Below, one piece after another: positions 1-8,045 of a stretch of DNA of 64,000 bases. Origin of the DNA: a virus (taxonomy: Duplodnaviria > Caudoviricetes); the IMG/VR virus record IMGVR_UViG_2902767014_000002, positions 1,964-65,963 of that record; one strand, given 5' to 3'. The translations under genes were made by a program, and so were the position numbers. Numbering within the stretch: the first letter of the stretch is position 1; each line of letters begins with the position of its first letter. The notes below the pieces were generated by a model. It searched no databases. It saw nothing but the letters and a program-made list of their open reading frames with translations, and had not been told where the DNA came from.

Positions 1-47
1 GCGGATTGCCTGACGGAACACCTCCGCGACTTCTTCTGCTGGGATGC

Positions 48-287
48 TCATCCCTTCACCTCCTCTTCTTCCACACGCTCGGCTGCAGCGATCGTCCGCC
101 CATCTTCTTCGACTGCAGGCTTCCAGTGCGTAGGCGTGTAGTAGACATACATCCATTCGCCCGGCACAAACCACAGCCTGCCTCGGCGAATCAGTGTCTG
201 CGCGTTGCGCGTCCCTGCTGCGTCGTCGATCTTCGTCATGATCTCGGCGCCTTCTGGTGCAGTGCTGATCGATTGCCACTCATCCAT
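48..287 (-). CDS. Small phage protein, DUF551-like (WQSISTAP...THW)
   Basis: AGGAG RBS before ATG 287; typical W-x-x-I-x-T-A-P and THW motifs. Confidence 0.6.
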   Translation of the reverse strand: MDEWQSISTAPEGAEIMTKIDDAAGTRNAQTLIRRGRLWFVPGEWMYVYYTPTHWKPAVEEDGRTIAAAERVEEEEVKG

Positions 288-600
288 TCGTCTCTCCTTG
301 TGCTGTCTTTTGGGATAGGGCGCGGATAGCTTCGGCGCACTTCTCGGCGCCATCCGATTCGCCTTCGACGTAGGGATTCGCGCGCCCGTCTTCAGAGCCG
401 GTGTATGGTGAATGGCCCTTGTAAAGATTCCATCGATCAACGGCTATGTCGTTGCATACCGTGAACGCTTCCTCCAGCGCTTCACGCCGCGATGCATTCC
501 ACGCCGCAAACGCGAACGAGATTTCGTATTGACCTCCACCGGCACGCACGAACTGGCCGTGCTCTTTCCACCACTTGGTAAATGCTGGCGGAATAGTCAT
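280..600 (-). CDS. Hypothetical phage early protein
   Basis: ORF overlap-coupled with its neighbours in the leftward operon. Confidence 0.65.
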   Translation of the reverse strand: MTIPPAFTKWWKEHGQFVRAGGGQYEISFAFAAWNASRREALEEAFTVCNDIAVDRWNLYKGHSPYTGSEDGRANPYVEGESDGAEKCAEAIRALSQKTAQGETNG

Positions 601-1346
601 TGGCCACTCTCCACTTCACGCATGCGTGCCCGATATTCCGAAAGCGCGCGAGAAGCCCAGGTATGGCCGCGGCCGGCGGTGTCGGCGATGGCGCGCATCA
701 GCACTTCGTCGGTGAGGGTCGGAGTGCTGGCGGCGGTGGAAACAGCGTGCGCGGCGCGGGGTGACATATCGTCATCGACGCACTTGTTGCCGAGTTGGCA
801 GCGCACGCGATAGCAACCTTTCGGGTCATAGACATGGACGCAATCCGCCCGCTCGCCGCTCTGCACATCCTCCGGTGTGCCGATGAACGAAAGAAGATGC
901 TCGGCGCAGTTGCGCACGACCGGCGCGAAGTCTTCAATGCGGGCGATGCCGCTCAGGCTGTTGTGGCCGATCGTCAGGATGTCGCGGGCATTCACGTTGA
1001 CCGTGACCGACCAACCTTGAATGTCGGTCGGGTCGAGGTATTCGCTCTGGGCATCCGCAATGGTCGTCGTTGTCGCCTGAGCGCTGGCAGCGGCGACACG
1101 CTCAAGCGCAGCATGCTTTACGATCGCTTCTGCCAATGCCAACGGGTTATGCATATCGAGAGGCTCAAGCATCACGGCCAATTCACGTACTCGGCCATCG
1201 CGTAGAAGCGCTGTTCTCGACCATTCGAGCAATTCGGCAGCGCATTCGATGAGGTGCTCTTTAGCGAACGATTTAGCGCGGTCGTTGACGGCCTTCAGGC
1301 TAAGCCCACCCGAAGCGCCATCGGTATTTGTAGTGGTCGTGGTCAT
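597..1346 (-). CDS. Hypothetical mosaic phage protein
   Basis: 249-aa ORF with stop/start overlap. Confidence 0.65.
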   Translation of the reverse strand: MTTTTTNTDGASGGLSLKAVNDRAKSFAKEHLIECAAELLEWSRTALLRDGRVRELAVMLEPLDMHNPLALAEAIVKHAALERVAAASAQATTTTIADAQSEYLDPTDIQGWSVTVNVNARDILTIGHNSLSGIARIEDFAPVVRNCAEHLLSFIGTPEDVQSGERADCVHVYDPKGCYRVRCQLGNKCVDDDMSPRAAHAVSTAASTPTLTDEVLMRAIADTAGRGHTWASRALSEYRARMREVESGQ

Positions 1347-1349
1347 GAA

Positions 1350-1625
1350 TTAGCCTCGAACGTTGATAGCGAACACCCTCACCGGCTCAGGCCCGAAGTG
1401 TGGATGCTGGATTGTTCGCTCGACATAGCCGCGCCACGGTCTGACGATGCGGCGCTCGTGGTCGTCGGCTTTCGGATAACCGAGCATTAGCACGATGTGG
1501 TCGAAGTCGCGCATGGCAAGCCTCCGATACCAGTAGGCGTTATAGAGCCGATATTCCTCGACCTTCTCGCCCCTCCTGATTGCTTCGAAGTATTCACGCT
1601 TGAGCGGAAGGATCAGGTCAGCCAT
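1350..1625 (-). CDS. ASCH/PUA-like domain protein
   Basis: L-x-L-K-x-x-Y-F-x-A-I-x-x-G-x-K-x-x-E-Y-R motif. Confidence 0.75.
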   Translation of the reverse strand: MADLILPLKREYFEAIRRGEKVEEYRLYNAYWYRRLAMRDFDHIVLMLGYPKADDHERRIVRPWRGYVERTIQHPHFGPEPVRVFAINVRG

Positions 1626-2922
1626 GATCACCTCCGCTTGCGGCTTGGGATGCGGCCTCGCCAGTTGATGGGGCGGCGCTCAGGGCTTCCAGCGTATCGT
1701 TGATAGCCTGAGAAGCTGCGGAGCGGAATGTTGCATGCGGCTTCAGTCGCTCGCATTGTGTGTGAACGCGTTCAGCGATCTCCCACTTCTGCGCAGCGGT
1801 AAGTGTCATCACCTGCGTCGGCTGTGCTGCCGGGGCGGTGTAGACAGGCGTCGTAGCGAGCCTTGGATGTGGCTCTGGATGGATCGTGGTAGTGCCGGTC
1901 CGATGTTGTGCCCACATCGAGTTGACATACCCAATCGCCTCCGCACCCTGCGCCACATTAGTGGAAGGGGATGCGGCGCGGGCTTGCCATCCGGCGCGAA
2001 ACGACACTCTTTCGCCGGAACGTTTCGGCCAGTCGCTTGCTTCGAACGCAGCGTCGCACGCACTGCGTTCGTCCTGCACCTGATCAGCTGAACGAGACGC
2101 AGCATGAACAGCAGCAACGATTTTTCGCACGGTATCGACATGGACGATTTCATGGCTGGAGTCGCTCATGATGGAAGCTCCATGGCCGAGAAAATAATCG
2201 TCCTGCTGTGTAAAGTCGGATAGCGCTTCACGAACCCGGTCCATTGCATCGAGTGCGGCCGGGTGATCCCTCCATGCCCCGTGCTCGTCCTGCGCAACCG
2301 ATGGCGCGGCAACTTCCGCAGTCGGCTCGCCATCCAGAACTGACAGCGCGAACTTCTGGATTTGTTCTTCACTGCCATCAAGCCAGCAGGCAATTTGATA
2401 CAGCGCTTTTCGGTAGAACGCCGCCCGCTCATCATCCAGCACCACGGCAGATTGCGCGGTCTGTGCTGGCGGGGCAGCGCTCGTGCATCGGCAGCGTGTG
2501 CCAGTGACCGGATCGTCGCGAATCTTCTCTTTACACGTGCCGCAAACGCCGTGATACCGCACCGCCTCCGCACCCTGCGCCATATTGGCGGAAGGGGTAC
2601 ATGCTCCACTTGCAGCGGCGTGTAGATCTTTTGCCAGTGTAATTAATTGATCCAATGCGTCATTAAACCCTTCATCATATCCAGTAGATACCTTGCTTCG
2701 GCCAACATCAGGTTTTTTCTCAAGCAGGTCAACGCCGATGCAGAGCTCTTCCAGAAAATCCGAGACCGATTGAGGTTCTTCTTCGCGCTCACCCTGCGCC
2801 ACATTGGCGGAAGGGGATGCGGCCACGCACAATGCCGCATAAAGCTGGTCTTCAGTTTGGTAGACTGAGTCCTGATTACGCAGCACTGCTCGCATTGCAT
2901 CGTTGAGTGCAGGCATGCTCAT
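1618..2922 (-). CDS. Mosaic multi-module phage protein (Ea22/EaA-like architecture)
   Basis: Long ORF with repeated PSANVAQG linkers; ATGA overlap with the upstream gene. Confidence 0.65.
   Translation of the reverse strand: MSMPALNDAMRAVLRNQDSVYQTEDQLYAALCVAASPSANVAQGEREEEPQSVSDFLEELCIGVDLLEKKPDVGRSKVSTGYDEGFNDALDQLITLAKDLHAAASGACTPSANMAQGAEAVRYHGVCGTCKEKIRDDPVTGTRCRCTSAAPPAQTAQSAVVLDDERAAFYRKALYQIACWLDGSEEQIQKFALSVLDGEPTAEVAAPSVAQDEHGAWRDHPAALDAMDRVREALSDFTQQDDYFLGHGASIMSDSSHEIVHVDTVRKIVAAVHAASRSADQVQDERSACDAAFEASDWPKRSGERVSFRAGWQARAASPSTNVAQGAEAIGYVNSMWAQHRTGTTTIHPEPHPRLATTPVYTAPAAQPTQVMTLTAAQKWEIAERVHTQCERLKPHATFRSAASQAINDTLEALSAAPSTGEAASQAASGGDHG
1944..2816. repeat. Three dispersed 27-bp direct repeats CACCCTGCGCCAYATTRGYGGAAGGGG (1944, 2571, 2790)
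   Basis: Read directly from the sequence. Confidence 0.85.
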
Positions 2923-3746
2923 GACTTTTCCCCAGCAGATACGTGAGCCGGAGCGACAATCTCCCACTCGTGGCCGTTCTCGGTAATGTTGAAGATGCGA
3001 ATCGTCGCGGCGGGGATGCGCTTCGCGAGGTCCAGCCTCAACTCAAGCGGCTCTTGCGTCGGCCACGCCTGATCGACTTCATATTGCACGGCTTCATCGA
3101 TCGAATGGAACGATGTCTCACCGTCGTACGCGGGCCACACCATGTCGGCGTCACAGGCCGTCAGCGTCACAGTCGCGGCAGCTTGGGGATCGGCGAGAAT
3201 GGCCCGCAAGTCCTGAGCGCGGCGATACATCAGAGTCCCTGATTTAGGCTCTGATTGTTCAGCGGTCAGGATTGCCCACCAAACCGCTTTGCGCTGCTCA
3301 ACAGTCAGTGTCACAGTCGCGGCTTCGCGAGGGAGCGGGGCGGCGTAGAGCGGGACGAACCCGTCGCGCGGCTCTTTGTTCAGGAAGCAGCCTTTGCCTG
3401 ATATGCGAGGATCTTTGAGCGAATCAAGATCGGTCGCGCGCACATAGATCGGCTCTTGCGGCCCACCAGCAGCTATCGTGGCGTCTGCCTGCACGGCGGG
3501 AGTGGGAGCGCGGCGGTTCCATGCGTCGAGAGCCCGTTTTTCGACAGTGCTGTTATCCGCATAGCCGCCGTGCGGGATGATGCCCATCGCGCTTACGCTG
3601 GCGCCGCATCCAGAGCAGCGATAGGTGATCCGGTCGGCGTATGCAAATCGTTCGTCCAAGCCTTCCTTGTACAGATTGGCGTGGCCGCCGCAAAACGGGC
3701 ATGACGACAAGCTCGCCCGTGCTTCAGTCCTGGTATTTGATGTCAT
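2919..3746 (-). CDS. Lar-family restriction alleviation domain protein with C-terminal extension
   Basis: N-terminal CPFCGG...CxxC...A...WNRR motif. Confidence 0.7.
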   Translation of the reverse strand: MTSNTRTEARASLSSCPFCGGHANLYKEGLDERFAYADRITYRCSGCGASVSAMGIIPHGGYADNSTVEKRALDAWNRRAPTPAVQADATIAAGGPQEPIYVRATDLDSLKDPRISGKGCFLNKEPRDGFVPLYAAPLPREAATVTLTVEQRKAVWWAILTAEQSEPKSGTLMYRRAQDLRAILADPQAAATVTLTACDADMVWPAYDGETSFHSIDEAVQYEVDQAWPTQEPLELRLDLAKRIPAATIRIFNITENGHEWEIVAPAHVSAGEKS

Positions 3747-3763
3747 GATGTGTCTCGGGATGG

Positions 3764-4831
3764 TTAGGCTGTCAGGTCGATTGCTTCGCGCGATGCGCGG
3801 ATGAACTCGGCTGCCGCTTCCGCGTTGATCGCGTTACCGTAGGCGCGCAGTCGTCCCACTCGGGCGGGAGCCCCATCAACCAGCGGGAATGTGCCGGGTT
3901 CAACTGGCCGCCACTTTCCGTCCCGGCAGAGCAGCCAGTCAGCAGCTCGCCAGAAGCCGTTAGTCGGGCCGGCTGCGGCGGCAACTCCGGCAGATCGATC
4001 CCATGCCCCTTGATCGCCCGGCCGCAGAGCGCTTCCGTCTTGCGCGAGAAGTCGTTGTTCCCCGCCATGTTGTTTCCGTTCTGCGCTGGCGTTCCGGCCA
4101 TCGGCGTCGGCCAGCCGGCCAATGTCGCCGCCATGCCCAGCGTCATCCCGAAGCCGTTGTTGCCGTGACGAGCTGCGCACTCCGCTCGCCGCGCTTCCCA
4201 TGTCGAATCGTTGTCGTTCTGCGGCCCCGCGTTCGGCGTCGGCCACGATGCGAGCCACGCCACTCGACCGAGCAGCGCGTTCAGCGGCACGTTCGCGCAC
4301 TCGCTGCCGTCCTTGTGATCGCGTGTTGTTGGCGTGGGCCATGAAGTACGCGCGGTCGCGGATGTGCGGAGCACCGACGCCCGCAGACGGGAACGGGACA
4401 CACCCGAGTGCGTAACCCATCGCTTCCAGGTCAGCTTGAACAAGGTCGATCCAAGGGTCGATGTCCTTGCTCGCAACCTGTTCTCCAAAGATGACTGCAG
4501 GGCGGCGCTCGCCGACGAGCCATGCCCAAGCGGGCCAAAGGTGCCGCTCGTCAGCAAACCCAACTCCTTTGCCTGCCGCGCTGAAAGGTTGGCACGGACA
4601 GGAACCGGTCCAAACAGGTCGATCGTCAGGCCATCCGGCGAGTCGAAGCGCGTACGACCAGACACCGATTCCGGCGAAGAAATGGCACTGCGTGTAGCCT
4701 CGCAGGTCATCGGGTCGGACATCCTCAATGCTCCTTTCGTCTACGTCGCCTGCGGCGATATGCCCCTTGGCGATCAGGTTGCGCAGCCACTGCGCGGCGT
4801 ATGGGTCAATCTCGTTGTAGTAAGCGGCCAT
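3764..4831 (-). CDS. DNA cytosine-5 methyltransferase, large (alpha) polypeptide
   Basis: HFFAGIG (motif I), GSCPCQPFS (IV), GEQV (VI), HIRDR (VIII), YGNAI (X); no motif IX in this frame. Confidence 0.9.
   Translation of the reverse strand: MAAYYNEIDPYAAQWLRNLIAKGHIAAGDVDERSIEDVRPDDLRGYTQCHFFAGIGVWSYALRLAGWPDDRPVWTGSCPCQPFSAAGKGVGFADERHLWPAWAWLVGERRPAVIFGEQVASKDIDPWIDLVQADLEAMGYALGCVPFPSAGVGAPHIRDRAYFMAHANNTRSQGRQRVRERAAERAARSSGVARIVADAERGAAERQRFDMGSAASGVRSSSRQQRLRDDAGHGGDIGRLADADGRNASAERKQHGGEQRLLAQDGSALRPGDQGAWDRSAGVAAAAGPTNGFWRAADWLLCRDGKWRPVEPGTFPLVDGAPARVGRLRAYGNAINAEAAAEFIRASREAIDLTA
3772..4722 (-). CDS. Nested alternative-frame methyltransferase small (beta) polypeptide with motif IX
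   Basis: Open frame over about 950 nt; AAGGAG RBS 8 nt before ATG 4722; [13 protein letters not shown] resembles motif IX; three WPTP repeats. Confidence 0.75.
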   Translation of the reverse strand: MSDPMTCEATRSAISSPESVSGRTRFDSPDGLTIDLFGPVPVRANLSARQAKELGLLTSGTFGPLGHGSSASAALQSSLENRLRARTSTLGSTLFKLTWKRWVTHSGVSRSRLRASVLRTSATARTSWPTPTTRDHKDGSECANVPLNALLGRVAWLASWPTPNAGPQNDNDSTWEARRAECAARHGNNGFGMTLGMAATLAGWPTPMAGTPAQNGNNMAGNNDFSRKTEALCGRAIKGHGIDLPELPPQPARLTASGELLTGCSAGTESGGQLNPAHSRWLMGLPPEWDDCAPTVTRSTRKRQPSSSAHRAKQST

Positions 4832-4848
4832 GCCGGTAACGTGGTGGG

Positions 4849-5103
4849 TCAGGAGGGCTTGCGGATCATGACGTGCGAAGATCCGCTTTCGACGTCGGCG
4901 AGTGCGGATTCAAGCCAGCCCTTCACCCATTCATCACCGACGATGCCGCGCAACAGTTGGTAGCTGACAAGCAGACCAGCAGACAGGTAGTCAATCTTTT
5001 CCGCTTCAGTTTTGGTGGCGATCCCGTCGCGCTGAAAGCTCGCCAAAATCATGTCCAGTTGGCGCCGTTCTTCTGCACGCTCTTTGTCATGTGCTGCGCT
5101 CAT
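4849..5103 (-). CDS. Hypothetical protein
   Basis: Short ORF in the operon; start placed at MSAAHDKE. Confidence 0.55.
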   Translation of the reverse strand: MSAAHDKERAEERRQLDMILASFQRDGIATKTEAEKIDYLSAGLLVSYQLLRGIVGDEWVKGWLESALADVESGSSHVMIRKPS

Positions 5104-5123
5104 GCTCGCCTCAATAGAAGTGT

Positions 5124-5768
5124 TTATTCGTGTGTGATGCGCTTTAGCTTGATGACCCAGACCCACGGGTTCGCTTGCCAGTTGGTAGCGGGCGTGGCAA
5201 GGCTGTCCCACAGGCTTTGAAAGCCAGCGCGGAACTTCAGGTGTTCAAGATCCGCGCCGACGATCGACGGCGTTGCGCCTTCGGCGATCGCGTCGTCTTC
5301 GTTGATGTCCTGCAAGCGATCGACGCGCACGCCAGTGACTTCGAGCGTGATGCGCGACGCCCAGCGCGGCATGTGGATGGACGGACGCCATGGCTCGCTG
5401 TCGCGGCCCTGCGTCGCCTGATACTCGACGCGGCGGCAGTACCGCTCATCCGGCACGTAGCGAGCGACGCCGTATTCGAGGGGCGCGCCGGGCGCACTGA
5501 TTTCCACGACGCCGCGCCACGTCTCGCGCACCCACAGACGGTCGCCGGGTTGGCCGTAAGGACAGAACTGCAGCATGTCTCGGATGCACCATTGATCGGC
5601 CGGCAGGATGCCGCGTGCCGGGCGACGCCCCCAATACGCACCGCCGACCCAGCCGGTTTGCTCGACTGGCTGCGGCTTCACGACGCGCCGCGTCTGCGTC
5701 TTGCTGCCGTCGAGCAGAGCGCGCACCATCGGGCCGCTGAAGAGGATCGGACGTTCTTTTATAGTCAT
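5124..5768 (-). CDS. ASCH-like phage protein (ERPILFSGPMVRA...KTQTRR family)
   Basis: Conserved family motifs GDRLWVRETW, WRPSIHMPRWASRI, NPWVWV. Confidence 0.8.
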   Translation of the reverse strand: MTIKERPILFSGPMVRALLDGSKTQTRRVVKPQPVEQTGWVGGAYWGRRPARGILPADQWCIRDMLQFCPYGQPGDRLWVRETWRGVVEISAPGAPLEYGVARYVPDERYCRRVEYQATQGRDSEPWRPSIHMPRWASRITLEVTGVRVDRLQDINEDDAIAEGATPSIVGADLEHLKFRAGFQSLWDSLATPATNWQANPWVWVIKLKRITHE

Positions 5769-5908
5769 TTGCTGCCCCGATAGGTCTTGGTCAAAGCATG
5801 GTTGGCGGCGTGTCCGCGGCGACGCACGGCGTTCGCGAGTTGTGCGCGGTCGTGGTGGCTGCTCGGTGCTTGACCCAGCAGGCCGAAATAGCTGTTTGCG
5901 ACAATCAT
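5765..5908 (-). pseudogene. 47-codon remnant resembling the C-terminus of a DGR reverse transcriptase
   Basis: Hand translation MIVANSYFGLLGQAPSSHHDRAQLANAVRRRGHAANHALTKTYRGSK; ATGA overlaps at both ends; similarity is recalled, not searched. Confidence 0.6.
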
Positions 5909-6357
5909 TTCCACGTTCGCCCAGCGACGATTGCCCAGACGGTTCCTTGGGCCAGCCCGAATTCGCGCGCGAGTGCCAGTGACCCGTCCGTTCGGCTGTA
6001 AGGCTTGAAGCGACTCCGAATCTTCGCGACAATTTCAGGCGTTGCCTTGGTATTGGCCGGCTTATTTCCGACGGCGCGCCGAGCGCGACCCTTGCTGATC
6101 ATGTCGCGTATGTTGTCAAGGCGCGACCCTAGGCTCAGATGCGCTGGATTGATGCACTTCCGGTTGTCGCAGGAGTGCATTACGTCTTGCTTTTCCATGA
6201 TCGGCGCGTTGTGCAGCTCGAACGACACCCGATGCGCGAGCCGATTCTTGCCTTCGTGCCAGACTAGACCGTAGCCGGCCTTGCAGATGTGGCCAGTGAA
6301 TTCGAGGCATTCGCCGCTCCTCGCAGTGCGGCGCATCAGGTTGTCGATCGTTGCCAT
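5905..6357 (-). CDS. HNH homing endonuclease
   Basis: AHRVSF...HSCDNRKCINPAHL...DN HNH motif. Confidence 0.9.
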   Translation of the reverse strand: MATIDNLMRRTARSGECLEFTGHICKAGYGLVWHEGKNRLAHRVSFELHNAPIMEKQDVMHSCDNRKCINPAHLSLGSRLDNIRDMISKGRARRAVGNKPANTKATPEIVAKIRSRFKPYSRTDGSLALAREFGLAQGTVWAIVAGRTWK

Positions 6358-6359
6358 GC

Positions 6360-6833
6360 TTAAACCTCGGCGCGAGAAGGAATAAATCTGCGGACGGCGC
6401 GGGCGCGGAACTCGTAGTGCTGGGGGGTGTAGTACTGATGGCCGTCGCGGAAGTGCTGACACCAGGCCCAGCCGGACTCCGATTCATGCGCCTCGGCCGA
6501 CCAGTACGCGCGCTCTTCGAACTCGCTTTTCAGGTTCGCGAAGAGCAGTGATTGCTCGCGGCGTGTCGGGAGTTCGCCACCCTGCTCGGCGGCCCATTCC
6601 TTCGCAGCCGACCACGAGACGTCGTCGACGTCGCCCGGCAAAAGAATCAGGTGATGCGACAGTTCGCCGTTTTCGTCGAGCACGATCCCGGCGTAGCGCT
6701 CACCCGGTGCGAGCGGAATCGTCACGGCCGGGATGTGGAGTTCCGTTGCGCGCGTTGGCTGCTTCCTGAACTCATCGATCAGTTTGTTGATTCGGGACTG
6801 TTCGGCCTCGATGGCCTCAAGCGTGATGGTCAT
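6360..6833 (-). CDS. DUF1566 (C-type lectin-like fold) protein, DGR target 2
   Basis: W..A..WA...GGELPTRRE...YWS...AW...F..G...RARAVRR. Confidence 0.85.
   Translation of the reverse strand: MTITLEAIEAEQSRINKLIDEFRKQPTRATELHIPAVTIPLAPGERYAGIVLDENGELSHHLILLPGDVDDVSWSAAKEWAAEQGGELPTRREQSLLFANLKSEFEERAYWSAEAHESESGWAWCQHFRDGHQYYTPQHYEFRARAVRRFIPSRAEV
6385..6476 (-). repeat. DGR variable repeat VR-a (92 nt)
   Basis: 74/92 identical to 6874-6965; all mismatches at codon positions 1 and 2. Confidence 0.85.
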
Positions 6834-6863
6834 TGCGATGCTCCGTTGTGAATGGGCAAATGA

Positions 6864-7229
6864 TTAAATCGACAATCTGCGGACGGCGCGGGCGCGGAAC
6901 TCGCCGCCCTGGCGGTCGTAGCCCTGACTGCCGAAGTCGAAGCACTGAAACCAGGCCCAGCCGGAATAACCGGGGTCGCTGTCGGGCGTGTTCGACCAGT
7001 AGGCGTCCTTCTGGAACTGGTCGCGGTGCTGCTCGAACGCGATCACGAGCTCGGCGCGCGTCGGCAGGTCGCCGCCGATGCTTTTTGCCCAATCCATCTG
7101 GGCCTGCCACGACGCGTCGTCGTTGTCGCCGGGCAGGAGGATGGTGTGTGTGACATCGCCGTTCGCATCGACGAAGCCACCGAGGTAGATTTCGCCATCG
7201 GCCAGCGGGGGAATCTGAATTTGTTGCAT
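6864..7229 (-). CDS. DUF1566 protein, DGR target 1
   Basis: GGAG RBS before ATG 7229; GGDLPTRAE...YWS...AW...RARAVRR. Confidence 0.85.
   Translation of the reverse strand: MQQIQIPPLADGEIYLGGFVDANGDVTHTILLPGDNDDASWQAQMDWAKSIGGDLPTRAELVIAFEQHRDQFQKDAYWSNTPDSDPGYSGWAWFQCFDFGSQGYDRQGGEFRARAVRRLSI
6874..6965 (-). repeat. DGR variable repeat VR-b (92 nt)
   Basis: Paired with 6385-6476. Confidence 0.85.
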
Positions 7230-7391
7230 GGTTTCTCCGGGGAAAAAGGACCGGCCCATACAGGCGCCGGCCAACACACACATGCGGAGATCGCAGCGTG
7301 TTTCTTTGATGGGACGCACCACTACGCCACTCGCGCAAGAGATTCGCGCCGTGAAGGCTTCATCTTGCGTGGCGAGCGGTGCGTGGAGGGT

Positions 7392-8045
7392 TCAGGCGGC
7401 TTGCTGGCGGAGCATTTGTTCGAAAGCGGTCACACGTCTTTCGAATGCGACAAGCATCTCGACCATTTCGTCAATGAAGTTGTCGTCACGATAGATGCGC
7501 TTGTAGAACAGATCCTTGCCGACCGGCTCAAGCGCTGGCACGTACTGGATGAAATCGATCCACTTCCGTCCTGTAATCCAAAGTCCGCCCTGTAACTGGC
7601 ATTCGTACTCTGAGATATCGTGCGTCGTGAGCATGTCCATGATTTTCACGCTATCGACCGGACACTTGATCTCGATCAGGCCGTCATCACCCACCAGGCC
7701 ATCAGACGAATACCCGAACTTGCGGTCGTCTGTCAGGATCACACCCGATTCACTGGCCAGGTTGCCGGTGCGGGCCTCATAGCCCATCCTCGCGAACCCT
7801 TCCATTTCATGTCCGCGGTCAAGCGTCCATGCTTTGACAGGTTCACCGTAGGGTTTGCCGCTTACGCGCTCAATCGCAATGTCCAGTGCGTATTTGTCGG
7901 ATGCGCCCGTCGGGTCGCCCGGATTCTTGTTGCCGGATTTCCGTTGCAGCACGGAAATGGCATCAGCAAAGCATGATGCGGTGATAGCGCCGCAGCGGGA
8001 TTCCAACCAGAGGGGCGTGCCCTGTTTGCAATTTACGACAATCAT
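7392..8045 (-). CDS. YqaJ/lambda-exonuclease-like recombinase
   Basis: WLESRCG.ITAS, RGHEME, SSDGLVG...IEIKCP, Q.QGGLW motifs. Confidence 0.9.
   Translation of the reverse strand: MIVVNCKQGTPLWLESRCGAITASCFADAISVLQRKSGNKNPGDPTGASDKYALDIAIERVSGKPYGEPVKAWTLDRGHEMEGFARMGYEARTGNLASESGVILTDDRKFGYSSDGLVGDDGLIEIKCPVDSVKIMDMLTTHDISEYECQLQGGLWITGRKWIDFIQYVPALEPVGKDLFYKRIYRDDNFIDEMVEMLVAFERRVTAFEQMLRQQAA

Noticed and set aside
4040-4220. GTT-rich stretch considered as the DGR template repeat
   Set aside because: It does not align to the VRs; it encodes Asn-rich segments of the methyltransferase beta frame.
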